Positions 1 through 8,094 of a stretch of DNA of 64,000 bases are shown here, in pieces. The notes under the pieces were generated by a model. The model saw only the letters and a program-made list of their open reading frames with translations. It made no database searches and was not told the DNA's origin. Every line of letters begins with the position of its first letter. Within the stretch, counting starts at the first letter, position 1. The position numbers and the translations under genes are program-made. The stretch is from a virus. Lineage: Duplodnaviria; Heunggongvirae; Uroviricota; Caudoviricetes. Location of the stretch: positions 96,603-160,602 of the IMG/VR virus record IMGVR_UViG_651324052_000001; one strand, given 5' to 3'.

Positions 1-192
1 ATGAGCGAACATAAAAAACACTTATCATGTGCGTGGTGCGATGGGGAAATCAAACATGGAGATAAAGCATATAAAAGAACTGGATATTATGGACTGTATT
101 GTTCTTTGGAATGTTTAATGAAAGGCTCTAGATTGCAATACGAAGAGGTAATTATAAATAATGAAGTAATTAACAGTGAATTTGATAGATAA
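1..192 (+). CDS. hypothetical small Cys-containing protein (possible zinc ribbon)
   Basis: ATG at position 1, 63-aa ORF with CxxC and C-x3-C pairs; could be an internal Met of a gene truncated by the window edge. Confidence 0.4.
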   Translation: MSEHKKHLSCAWCDGEIKHGDKAYKRTGYYGLYCSLECLMKGSRLQYEEVIINNEVINSEFDR

Positions 193-460
193 GTATAGGT
201 TTATTACGAAAACTGGAGGTGAAATTGTGATTATAGATAAAGAAAAATATAATACTAGGAATGGATTTGAACCAATGACATTGTATTGTTTTAATAATAG
301 TCTAAAAGAAAAACTTTGTAATTATTATAAAACTAAACCGGGTTGTAGGAATCTAACAATAGAAGAACAAAGAAAATATTTTGAAAAACATCAAGAAGAA
401 TTTAAGGAGAGGATTAGAAGATATAATTCAGGACAAATAGATGTTGGTGATTTTATATAA
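176..460 (+). CDS. hypothetical protein
   Basis: 94-aa ORF; in-frame GTG at 227 preceded by GGAGGTGA (214-221) is a more likely start. Confidence 0.4.
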   Translation: MNLIDKYRFITKTGGEIVIIDKEKYNTRNGFEPMTLYCFNNSLKEKLCNYYKTKPGCRNLTIEEQRKYFEKHQEEFKERIRRYNSGQIDVGDFI

Positions 461-471
461 GGAAAGAGGTA

Positions 472-639
472 ATGATTATGGTTAAATGTAATAGTCCATA
501 CGCGTATTGTGAAAAATGTATAATAGATATGGACGGCATGGATAGTCAGGGTGGAATAATCTGTTGCGACACCGCAGAAGATCTTGATTTCGATAGGAAA
601 GAAATATTAAATCAATGTGAATACGCTGAAGAAATATAG
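472..639 (+). CDS. small Cys-rich hypothetical protein (55 aa)
   Basis: ATG 472 preceded by GGAAAGAGG; below the 60-aa track cutoff; 7 Cys; strand-consistent with neighbours. Confidence 0.35.
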   Translation: MIMVKCNSPYAYCEKCIIDMDGMDSQGGIICCDTAEDLDFDRKEILNQCEYAEEI

Positions 640-658
640 GACTCATGAGGTATAAATT

Positions 659-931
659 ATGTTTGAAATAGAAGTTGATTGTGTTCAAGTATGCACTTGT
701 AAGATATCTGATGAAGATGAACAGAGAATAAAAGATTATATAAAGAATAATCCAGAAGAGTTTGAATTTGTGTCAGAAAAAAACGCAATAATTCAAGCTA
801 TTTCGGATTTGGAAATTGATTTATATAATGACTATGTAGAATCTGATTCATATACAAACGACATTAGATGGTCAGAATTTGAAGAGCGGAGTACGGAGGA
901 AATATTGAATAAAAACATTACAAGTATATGA
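659..931 (+). CDS. hypothetical acidic protein
   Basis: 90-aa ORF with upstream GAGG; D/E-rich. Confidence 0.45.
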   Translation: MFEIEVDCVQVCTCKISDEDEQRIKDYIKNNPEEFEFVSEKNAIIQAISDLEIDLYNDYVESDSYTNDIRWSEFEERSTEEILNKNITSI

Positions 932-1154
932 AGTAACAAAAGAAAGCACTGATGGGACTTTTCAGTTGGAGATATTATATGGAAATCCAGAGATGGGAGT
1001 ATTGTCATAGCTAGTAAGATTGGTTGATGTATTAATCCAGATAAACTTATTTGGAAAACAGTTGATTTCCAGATGATAGAAAGTAAGGATTATAGTGTGA
1101 CTTTTAATGGCAGAAGTGAACAATTAGTAAAAAGAGAGAAAAATAGGTGATATT

Positions 1155-1334
1155 ATGAAGTATAGAGATGCAAAAAAACTACATAACGGAGATGAAATCA
1201 TCGTAAAAGAAACAAATGAAATACTAACCGTATTAAATGCTTATGAACCAAGACCGGTAAATGATATTGTCAGAAAGATTGTTTTAGTTGAATGTGATGA
1301 TGGAAATACATACCATCATTGTGATATAAGATAA
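1155..1334 (+). CDS. hypothetical small protein (59 aa)
   Basis: ATG 1155 five nt after AGGTGA; below track cutoff. Confidence 0.35.
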   Translation: MKYRDAKKLHNGDEIIVKETNEILTVLNAYEPRPVNDIVRKIVLVECDDGNTYHHCDIR

Positions 1335-1363
1335 AATATAGGTTTTATGTAAGGAGGAGAATT

Positions 1364-1522
1364 ATGGATAGTAAAAAATTTATTTCTGAAATGCTTCATA
1401 ATATAGCAGATCAATCCGTTGCAAGTATACTCAGAGCAATTTTATTTGACGAAGATAATAAGATTGATTGGGAAAATGCAAAATATATTATAAAGAAATA
1501 TATGCCGGAAGTTGAAATCTAA
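1364..1522 (+). CDS. hypothetical small protein (52 aa)
   Basis: ATG 1364 after AAGGAGGAG; below track cutoff. Confidence 0.4.
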   Translation: MDSKKFISEMLHNIADQSVASILRAILFDEDNKIDWENAKYIIKKYMPEVEI

Positions 1523-1550
1523 GTTTCATATGAAGGATTGAGGTGATTAT

Positions 1551-1793
1551 TTGATAATAAATGTACCGAAATGGGCTGAAATAGGAAAATTTATTGAATT
1601 TCAGATGTATGATAAAAATTACGGGAGAATGAGGTGGTTTAGGGAAAAAATCATTTCATATGGGAATGATGGATTCTTTCATCAAGACTATAACTGCCCT
1701 GTATATTATAATCGGTTTTCTGATTTAGGAAAGAGTGCAAGATTATGTGAGCAAAAATATGATTATAATGCCGCATGTGGTCTTGATAATTAG
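1551..1793 (+). CDS. hypothetical protein
   Basis: TTG start 1551 after AGGTGA (1541-1546); 80 aa. Confidence 0.4.
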   Translation: MIINVPKWAEIGKFIEFQMYDKNYGRMRWFREKIISYGNDGFFHQDYNCPVYYNRFSDLGKSARLCEQKYDYNAACGLDN

Positions 1794-1821
1794 ACGAATT
1801 TTAACTTTCATGAGGTGGAAT

Positions 1822-2004
1822 ATGGGTAACAAGAGAAAAGTTATATTAGAACCACATCCAGACAAATCAAAATTGTGGTGTTGGACGGTGTTAGAAGAAG
1901 ATAAGAAAAATAATTTATGGTATTGCATAGACACAGGTGTAGAAGTGAGTTGGGATATTGCTGCTAGAAGAGCAAAACAGTCGATGCAAGTCAAAGATTA
2001 TTAG
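1822..2004 (+). CDS. hypothetical protein
   Basis: Track ORF 1735..2004; preferred start ATG 1822 preceded by GAGGTGG; followed by a strong terminator. Confidence 0.35.
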   Translation: MGNKRKVILEPHPDKSKLWCWTVLEEDKKNNLWYCIDTGVEVSWDIAARRAKQSMQVKDY

Positions 2005-2020
2005 TTGATATATAATATGT

Positions 2021-2051
2021 AAGACGATACTTAATTGGTATCGTCTTTTTT
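2021..2051. terminator. rho-independent terminator, probably bidirectional
   Basis: Perfect 10-bp stem AAGACGATAC / GTATCGTCTT with a 7-nt loop, then T6; overlaps the stop of the minus-strand gene 2031..2255 and follows + ORF 1822..2004. Confidence 0.6.
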
Positions 2052-2255
2052 GATAAAATTTATATCTATATTCAAGTTCATAGCTTGACATATATCATTT
2101 AATGATTCAATGGAAATATTTTTTTGTTTAAAAGCCATACTGACGGCGCTAGGAGATTTATTCATTCTGTTAGCAAGTTCTTTGATATTAATTTTTTCGT
2201 CTAACATTTTTTTTCTAATCTCTGTAAGTAGATCCTGTGTATTTGAATATAGCAT
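2031..2255 (-). CDS. XRE-family helix-turn-helix transcriptional regulator
   Basis: Only convincing minus-strand gene; 74 aa with an HTH-like segment (LANRMNKSPSAVSMAFKQ); divergent from the mazF-like gene. Confidence 0.6.
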   Translation of the reverse strand: MLYSNTQDLLTEIRKKMLDEKINIKELANRMNKSPSAVSMAFKQKNISIESLNDICQAMNLNIDINFIKKDDTN

Positions 2256-2369
2256 ATAAACACCTCACTTTTATAAGTTATAACTGAATTATATCAGTTT
2301 TGTATAAATTTAACAATATATAAGTGATAAATTTGTGAACAATTTTAAGTGAATAATATAAGATATATC

Positions 2370-2398
2370 TTGTATTATAAAATTATATCTGATATAAT
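2370..2398 (+). promoter_or_regulatory. sigma-70-type promoter (TTGTAT -17- TATAAT)
   Basis: -35 at 2370-2375, 17-nt spacer, -10 TATAAT at 2393-2398; 55 nt upstream of the 2453 start, whose RBS is AAGGAGGA. Confidence 0.45.
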
Positions 2399-2452
2399 GA
2401 ATACATCAAAGGAAGAGAGAACTACATAGATTCAAAGAAAGGAGGATGCGTA

Positions 2453-2818
2453 ATGAACGTAAAACAATTTGATATTGTCATGGTTGATTTCGGTGATAAT
2501 CCAATTGGTCATGAACAAGGCGGAAAGAGACCAGCCATTGTAATTCAAAACGATATAGGTAATAACTATGCAGCAACAACATTAGTTATGCCGTGCAGCA
2601 CAAAACTAAAAAATCCAAACCAACCTACGCATACTCTGATTAAAAGAGGTAGAGGTACAGGTTTGGTAAAAGATTCTATAGTATTAGGAGAGTGTTTAAG
2701 GCAAGTGTCCGAACTTAGAATTATAAAATACCTCGGAAAACTTGATTCTATTGATGACAAGAGAGAAATCAAAAGAGTGTATGATGCAAATCCAATGTGG
2801 GGAGAAGATGTAGCATGA
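2453..2818 (+). CDS. mazF: MazF/PemK/EndoA-family mRNA interferase toxin
   Basis: Near-colinear match to B. subtilis EndoA motifs: GHEQGGKRPAIVIQNDIGNNYAATTLVMPCS, NQPTH, KDSIVLGECLRQV. Confidence 0.8.
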   Translation: MNVKQFDIVMVDFGDNPIGHEQGGKRPAIVIQNDIGNNYAATTLVMPCSTKLKNPNQPTHTLIKRGRGTGLVKDSIVLGECLRQVSELRIIKYLGKLDSIDDKREIKRVYDANPMWGEDVA

Positions 2819-3129
2819 GATATGTAGAAATGACTATTGAGGAAGCAGTTAAATACTGTAAAGGTAAAAAGGTTTTGGTGGCAGAACAGGATCTTGAAAA
2901 AAACGAAAATGAAGTTGTAAGTTTTGAGAGAAAAACATTTCAAGAATGTAAAGAGCTAATTGAACATGCTGAAACAATTGCAAAAATCTACGATGATTTT
3001 ATAAACCAATTAAGGGTATTTTCAGCGAAACAAATGGATTTAATAAACATAAAACCAAAAGGAACTATGAGCACGATATTAGTACATGATTCAGAAAGTA
3101 AATCGAACATTTGTTCTGAAAACGGTTGA
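2815..3129 (+). CDS. hypothetical protein translationally coupled to the mazF-like gene (candidate cognate inhibitor)
   Basis: ATG 2815 overlaps the toxin TGA (ATGA); GGGGAGAAG RBS; no recognisable domain. Confidence 0.45.
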   Translation: MRYVEMTIEEAVKYCKGKKVLVAEQDLEKNENEVVSFERKTFQECKELIEHAETIAKIYDDFINQLRVFSAKQMDLINIKPKGTMSTILVHDSESKSNICSENG

Positions 3130-3154
3130 CAAGAACATATGTTTGTGTTAATAT
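3126..3154 (+). promoter_or_regulatory. sigma-70-like promoter (TTGACA -17- TAATAT)
   Basis: Consensus -35, 17-nt spacer, TAATAT at 3149-3154. Confidence 0.3.
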
Positions 3155-3180
3155 TCATATTGTAAAATTTGCCAATAAAA

Positions 3181-3233
3181 AAGAGGATTTACACAATCAT
3201 AGGTGTTGGCGCACCTCCTGAGTAAATCCTCTT
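3181..3233 (+). other. nested hairpin (possible terminator or regulatory RNA)
   Basis: Outer 12-bp stem AAGAGGATTTAC / GTAAATCCTCTT enclosing an inner AGGTG...CACCT stem; contains CACCTCCT, identical to the anti-SD end of 16S rRNA. Confidence 0.35.
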
Positions 3234-3291
3234 AACACAAACGATAGCATAAATGCTATACACTCGTATTTTTACATATTTATTTTTTAGT

Positions 3292-3335
3292 GTCAAGCAT
3301 TTCTGCCATTAATTTCCAAATTTTACAATTAAATA
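3292..3335 (+). promoter_or_regulatory. conserved promoter-like motif, copy 1 (GTCAAGCATT ... TTTCCAAATTT..AATTnAATA)
   Basis: The same two-part motif recurs at 13976-14010, also after a hairpin and before a gene start. Confidence 0.3.
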
Positions 3336-3440
3336 AGGAAAAGTTAATATTTTACTCTTTTGACTTTTAGTTGAAAGGTGTTATTTTTGTACTCAATTTT
3401 ATACTAAGTAGTATGTAGAAGAGAGAATATCTATGAGGAG

Positions 3441-4097
3441 GTGATAAAAGTGGATTACATAATAACAAACGGAAAAATATCCATCTGTTTAAATGAAAAT
3501 GGGAAACCAGTAACTTGTGGAAAAAGTGCTGCACAGGTATTTAGTAAGGAAAAGGCGGAAAATATTTTAAATAGTCTTCCTAACGTTTTAAAAAATTTCC
3601 ATTTGAAGCTAAAATGCGTTTCTCCTGGTGGAAATAACGACACAAAGAAAAATTCTTCTAACACTCAAAATGAAGAAAAGAGTGAAAAAACAGTATTATA
3701 TGGTGAAGATTATGAACCGTGTAAAGAAGTAACCAAATGGATGGAGTTATCAAAATCATGTGATGTTCTATTTAGTGAAGCTAGGAAAAGAAGAAGTGAA
3801 TTACATAAAAAATTATCTAATGTAGACAAAGAACTGTCTAACGCTATGCACGAAATAGAACTTGAAAAGTGGAAGAGCGGATCTGATGGCTATAAAGAAT
3901 ACAAAAAAGTTAAAGAGGTCTTGCAAAAACGGCGAAAAATCAAAGATGAGCTTCTTGTAGTCCAATCAATCATAACAAACACAAAAGGATCAATTAATCT
4001 AAAAAATATCGAAAAGACTTTTGAAATGTTAAGCACAAGACATTTTACTATGAGAATTATCGAAGAAGATAATCCATTTGAGAGAATAGAAGATTAA
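3441..4097 (+). CDS. hypothetical protein
   Basis: 218 aa; GTG 3441 per track, or GTG 3450 with a better-spaced GAGGAGGTGA. Confidence 0.5.
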   Translation: MIKVDYIITNGKISICLNENGKPVTCGKSAAQVFSKEKAENILNSLPNVLKNFHLKLKCVSPGGNNDTKKNSSNTQNEEKSEKTVLYGEDYEPCKEVTKWMELSKSCDVLFSEARKRRSELHKKLSNVDKELSNAMHEIELEKWKSGSDGYKEYKKVKEVLQKRRKIKDELLVVQSIITNTKGSINLKNIEKTFEMLSTRHFTMRIIEEDNPFERIED

Positions 4098-4115
4098 GAA
4101 AAGAGGTGATGAGAA

Positions 4116-4754
4116 ATGTGTAAAGAGGAATGGAAAAATCAAATCGCAAATGAATACTGTGGAAACAACATGAGGAAGCTTAGAAAGATATGTGACAAGA
4201 TTTTAAAAGCTAGAAATGTTCCAAAAGAGCATTGGGAAGGTTTTTATGATCGTGCTGTTGATATTTTTCTTGAGAGTATCAATTCCTATGATGATTCCAA
4301 AGAATGTAAGTTTAATACTTATTTTTATGGAAATCTTAGACGGAGAACTGGAACATGGTTTAGAGATAATTTTCGATTTAAGAGATGCAATTTGGAAAGA
4401 GATTTTAGTGGGAATATCATAAAAGATGAAAAAGGAAATCCTACGATTATTCCAAATGTATCTATACATATGAAAGTTGATCCGGAAGAGGATTGTATTT
4501 TGGAAGAGATTATTTCTTCCAATTATGATTTGGAAAGAGAAATAATGGATAAATTATATCCAACCACAGACAGAGTAGAACTTTATAAAAGTAAATTATC
4601 TTATAGTCAGCAATTAGTTGTAGATCTTATGTGCGCTGGATATTCAGAAAGTGAAATTTTATCAGAATTACATATTTCCAGGGAGGAGTATAAAGATAAA
4701 ATTTTAGACACGATGAAGCTTTATGAAAATATAAAAGTATTATTAAGAGAATAG
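4116..4754 (+). CDS. putative sigma-70-family sigma factor-like protein
   Basis: Region-2-like FNTYFYGNLRRR and a C-terminal region-4-like HTH (LSYSQQLVVDLMCAGYSESEILSELHIS). Confidence 0.5.
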   Translation: MCKEEWKNQIANEYCGNNMRKLRKICDKILKARNVPKEHWEGFYDRAVDIFLESINSYDDSKECKFNTYFYGNLRRRTGTWFRDNFRFKRCNLERDFSGNIIKDEKGNPTIIPNVSIHMKVDPEEDCILEEIISSNYDLEREIMDKLYPTTDRVELYKSKLSYSQQLVVDLMCAGYSESEILSELHISREEYKDKILDTMKLYENIKVLLRE

Positions 4755-4774
4755 TTAAATGGAGGAATGTAATC

Positions 4775-6214
4775 ATGGCAAAGAAAATTAGAAAGAAAAC
4801 ACTGTCTTTGGAGTCGTATTTAGAAAAAATCGTAGATGAGGATATTAGCGATAACCAAGATGTTCAAAGAATGTTTTGCTGGGAGAATGTGATGGTGAAT
4901 GAACTCGTCAAAACTGTGTTGACAGATGATTATATTCCTCCAATTATCTTGGGCGAAGAAGACTTAGAAGAAGATGTTGTTCAACAGTATATTGTTGACG
5001 GTATGCAAAGAAGCTCCGCTTTGATCAAATTTAGATATGGCAACTATAAAATCACGCCATCTTTGGAAGAACCATTTATTCAATATCAAAGAAAAATGAA
5101 AGATGAAAATAACAATATTTGCAAAGATGAAAACGGCAAAGTTGTTTGGGAGTCAATTGAATATGATTTAAGAAGAAAAACATATGAGATGTTACCACCT
5201 GAATTAAAGAAAATGTTTGATGATTACCAAATTGATATTACGATTCATCAGCATTGCACGATGCCACAAATTAGTCGCTTAGTAAGAAGATATAACAATC
5301 ATAGGGGGATGAATCAATCTCAGAAGGCATTTACTTATATTGATTTATATGCACGGAAAATTAGGACTATTTCTGAAAATAAATTTTTCAAAAACTGTAT
5401 GAACTGCTCTGGTAGCGAGCGATCTAAAGGAACATACGAGCGTTTAGTATGCGAATCTGTAATGACAACGTTTTTCTTTGATAACTGGAAAAAAGCTGCA
5501 AAAGACATGAGTAAATTTTTAAACGAAAAAGCAACAGAAGAACATTTTGAAGCAATTGACCAGTATTTAAGTAGGATTGAAAATATTTGTAAAGATAATT
5601 TTACGGATGTGTTTGTTCCTAAAAATGTAGCGGTTTGGGTTTCTGTATTTAATAGGTTTACGGAATATGGATTAGATGATAGTAATTTTTTAGAGTTTAT
5701 TAAGGAGTTTAAAAAGGTATTACATTCAAAAAAGATAAATAACATTTCTTTTGATGAATTAAATGAGCATCGAAACACTAAAGACAAGGGAACGTTAAAA
5801 GAAAAAATAGACATATTAGTTTCTCTTATGGATGAATTTTTACATAATACAAATGAAAAAATATTTGATGTGATGGACGAGTATGATCCAAAACAAACTA
5901 TCATTGATTTTATCAAAGAGAATGTAAAAGAAGACGTTATCGAAGATGATGTTGAGTTTTATAAGTCACTGCTAGAAGATTGGTCTGTGGAAGTAGATAA
6001 TTCATCAAAACTTCTGGACGAAGGTAACATGAATTCATTACTTGCTGCAATTGCATATAGCGTTGAAAATGAACTCGATGAAGAAGTTCCTGCATGGATG
6101 GTAAGCTTCTTTGATAGAAATTCTACATATATTAAGAATCAAAAAGAGAATTATACATATATGATTAATGACCTTAATAAATTTATCAGAAATAAATACC
6201 AACTGGCAAGTTAG
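4775..6214 (+). CDS. DUF262 (ParB-like / GmrSD N-terminal-like) domain protein
   Basis: DVQRMFCWEN...YIPPIIL...YIVDGMQRSSAL matches the DUF262 QR-x-W...DGQQR signature. Confidence 0.65.
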   Translation: MAKKIRKKTLSLESYLEKIVDEDISDNQDVQRMFCWENVMVNELVKTVLTDDYIPPIILGEEDLEEDVVQQYIVDGMQRSSALIKFRYGNYKITPSLEEPFIQYQRKMKDENNNICKDENGKVVWESIEYDLRRKTYEMLPPELKKMFDDYQIDITIHQHCTMPQISRLVRRYNNHRGMNQSQKAFTYIDLYARKIRTISENKFFKNCMNCSGSERSKGTYERLVCESVMTTFFFDNWKKAAKDMSKFLNEKATEEHFEAIDQYLSRIENICKDNFTDVFVPKNVAVWVSVFNRFTEYGLDDSNFLEFIKEFKKVLHSKKINNISFDELNEHRNTKDKGTLKEKIDILVSLMDEFLHNTNEKIFDVMDEYDPKQTIIDFIKENVKEDVIEDDVEFYKSLLEDWSVEVDNSSKLLDEGNMNSLLAAIAYSVENELDEEVPAWMVSFFDRNSTYIKNQKENYTYMINDLNKFIRNKYQLAS

Positions 6215-6217
6215 GAG

Positions 6218-6514
6218 GTGATGATAATGAATAAATACAAAAGAGAGAAACATGGTATCGGAATTGAAGGTGCTTTATTAATCGGTGGAGCTGTTTCTAT
6301 ATGTGTATTGGCATCATGTGGAGATAAGAAGAAAGAGTATACAGATCCAAAGCCAATTATTGTTGAAATTCCGGAACCTTGTACAGAAGGTAGGATCCTT
6401 GTGACAAAAAATGGAAGATGTATTTTTGAGTATAAAGGTGAAATCGAAATGATCAATGACGGAAGAAATGGTGAAGAAATTGATGTGCAGGTACATATGA
6501 AAGAAGAAAATTAA
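6218..6514 (+). CDS. putative lipoprotein
   Basis: Signal peptide with lipobox-like VLASC; likely start ATG 6227 after AGGAGGTGA. Confidence 0.5.
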   Translation: MMIMNKYKREKHGIGIEGALLIGGAVSICVLASCGDKKKEYTDPKPIIVEIPEPCTEGRILVTKNGRCIFEYKGEIEMINDGRNGEEIDVQVHMKEEN

Positions 6515-6533
6515 TTTTAGAGGAGAAAATAGT

Positions 6534-7298
6534 ATGTGTGAATTTAAAAGTGGAATTATTTTCAAAAACAGAGTGGTATTAGCACCTTTAGGAGATGAAA
6601 GTCATTCAAGTTTACTTGATAGTTTGGGTGTAGAAGACAGTGAATTTAATGCCTCTAAGAAATTTGTTAGAGCTGAATTAACTCCTCCAAATAAAGGCAT
6701 TATTATTTCAGATATTTCTAAATGGAGGTACAGAGTTGATCAGGATATTGTACCAGAATGGTATAGTAATGATCCAGAAAGATATGAAAAAGAATTTAGA
6801 AATATAGTTGCGGATTTTATGAGTGAGAATTTTACAGAAGAATTCGGATATTATTGGACAAACATTCATATGGATGGAAAAGTTTGGCATTTTATGTACG
6901 GAATTCTTAAAGAAATGATTTTTGGTAAAAACAATAATTATTCTGAATCTAATGTTAGAAAGTATTTAGAAGAATGTAAATTACGTCATGATATCGAAGA
7001 TAAATATTCAGGTAAAATTGTTCCATTTGAAAATAACCTATTAAGTATGGATGGATTTGATGATTATGGTTTTGTTACAGACAATATATTATCTATTCCA
7101 ACATTTGATTTGTTCAGAAAATGTGGAAATAGATTGCCATTGATTAACTGTCCATATTTGTTGTCAACTCCAAGTCAAACTCCGTCAAGAAATGACACTA
7201 CCCTTGTTATGGCTGTCCACAGCGATGGTCACGAGGATTTCGACGGTTGCAATTGGATTGATTATGGGGTTCGTCCGTTTTTCATAACGGAATCTTAA
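6534..7298 (+). CDS. hypothetical protein
   Basis: 254 aa, GAGGAG RBS; the 3' end is GC-richer than the rest of the gene. Confidence 0.5.
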   Translation: MCEFKSGIIFKNRVVLAPLGDESHSSLLDSLGVEDSEFNASKKFVRAELTPPNKGIIISDISKWRYRVDQDIVPEWYSNDPERYEKEFRNIVADFMSENFTEEFGYYWTNIHMDGKVWHFMYGILKEMIFGKNNNYSESNVRKYLEECKLRHDIEDKYSGKIVPFENNLLSMDGFDDYGFVTDNILSIPTFDLFRKCGNRLPLINCPYLLSTPSQTPSRNDTTLVMAVHSDGHEDFDGCNWIDYGVRPFFITES

Positions 7299-7441
7299 GT
7301 ATAAGATAAAATCTCGATTTCATTCAAAAATAAACACAACATATAGTGGTTTGATGAAATGATATACACTATATATTGCATATGAAATTCCTGAGATGGA
7401 AGTTCTATATGAACAATCATTGCGAGAAATGAATTGCAATG

Positions 7442-7650
7442 CGATAACCGTCACTCCGTCAATTATCTATTAGGATAATGGCGAAAATGCTCATTGACGA
7501 ATTCCCACTTGTGTAGCCGGAACCGCCAGTAAGCATTAACATGAACAATGTCATGCTTATTCATAAAATCACATCCGTGTTTCATGCAGACGAAAATACA
7601 TCGCATGAATTTTAATTAGAGTGATTTTTCTATATAAGTGACGGTTGTCG
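7442..7650. repeat. 14-bp inverted repeats (CGATAACCGTCACT / AGTGACGGTTGTCG) bracketing about 180 bp of GC-rich non-coding DNA
   Basis: 13 of 14 positions complementary; a 10-bp direct repeat ACTCCGTCAA at 7179 and 7453; no ORF inside. Confidence 0.4.
7581..7616 (+). terminator. hairpin plus U-tract (terminator-like) inside the non-coding island
   Basis: TTCATGC (7581-7587) / GCATGAA (7603-7609) followed by TTTTAATT. Confidence 0.35.
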
Positions 7651-7704
7651 TAAAACAGTATACAAAAAAATTGAATTAAAGCAAATATGAAGGAGAATAA
7701 AACA

Positions 7705-8076
7705 ATGACAGGATATGGTTTAGTAGCAATTGTAAATTTACTAGAAGACTGGAACGAGAAAGATTATGGTTTTGCATTATATAAGGAAGAATATGAATTA
7801 CTTAGAACAGCAAATTTGGGAAACACACTTGTGGTTGTTAATGCCGGCACCGAAGATAGACGAATATTGGGAAAAGTAAAAGAGATTTTGTCAGTTGAAG
7901 AGTACGGTAAAAATCCTACAGCACAGGTGGTTGGTGTTGTAAAAATGGATGCATATGCAAAGCGCGAAGAGGAAGAAGAGAGAGGAAATAAAATCAATGA
8001 ACTTAAATATTTAATCGAAAAGAACAACAGAGAACTTGTGAATCTTATGACTGAGTTAAGAAGACTTGAGGGTTAA
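7705..8076 (+). CDS. hypothetical protein with C-terminal coiled coil
   Basis: Track 7687..8076; ATG 7705 after AAGGAG preferred. Confidence 0.5.
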   Translation: MTGYGLVAIVNLLEDWNEKDYGFALYKEEYELLRTANLGNTLVVVNAGTEDRRILGKVKEILSVEEYGKNPTAQVVGVVKMDAYAKREEEEERGNKINELKYLIEKNNRELVNLMTELRRLEG

Positions 8077-8094
8077 AAGGAGGAATTAAACAAT

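Noticed and set aside
1735-2004. Track start at 1735 for the ORF ending 2004
   Set aside because: The 5' part overlaps the preceding gene out of frame and has no RBS. ATG 1822 with GAGGTGG is preferred.
4216-4422. Nested same-strand alternative-frame ORFs (4216..4422, 8518..8736, 23375..23575, 31800..31985, 51093..51302, 53737..53943, 55586..55777)
   Set aside because: Each lies entirely inside a longer ORF that has clear domain signatures. They are treated as frame artefacts.
7263-7290. Possible tRNA T-arm (GGTTCGTCC) or tRNA genes elsewhere
   Set aside because: No segment satisfies the GTTCRANYC T-loop plus 7-bp acceptor stem geometry, and no cloverleaf could be built. No tRNA or rRNA is called in this window.
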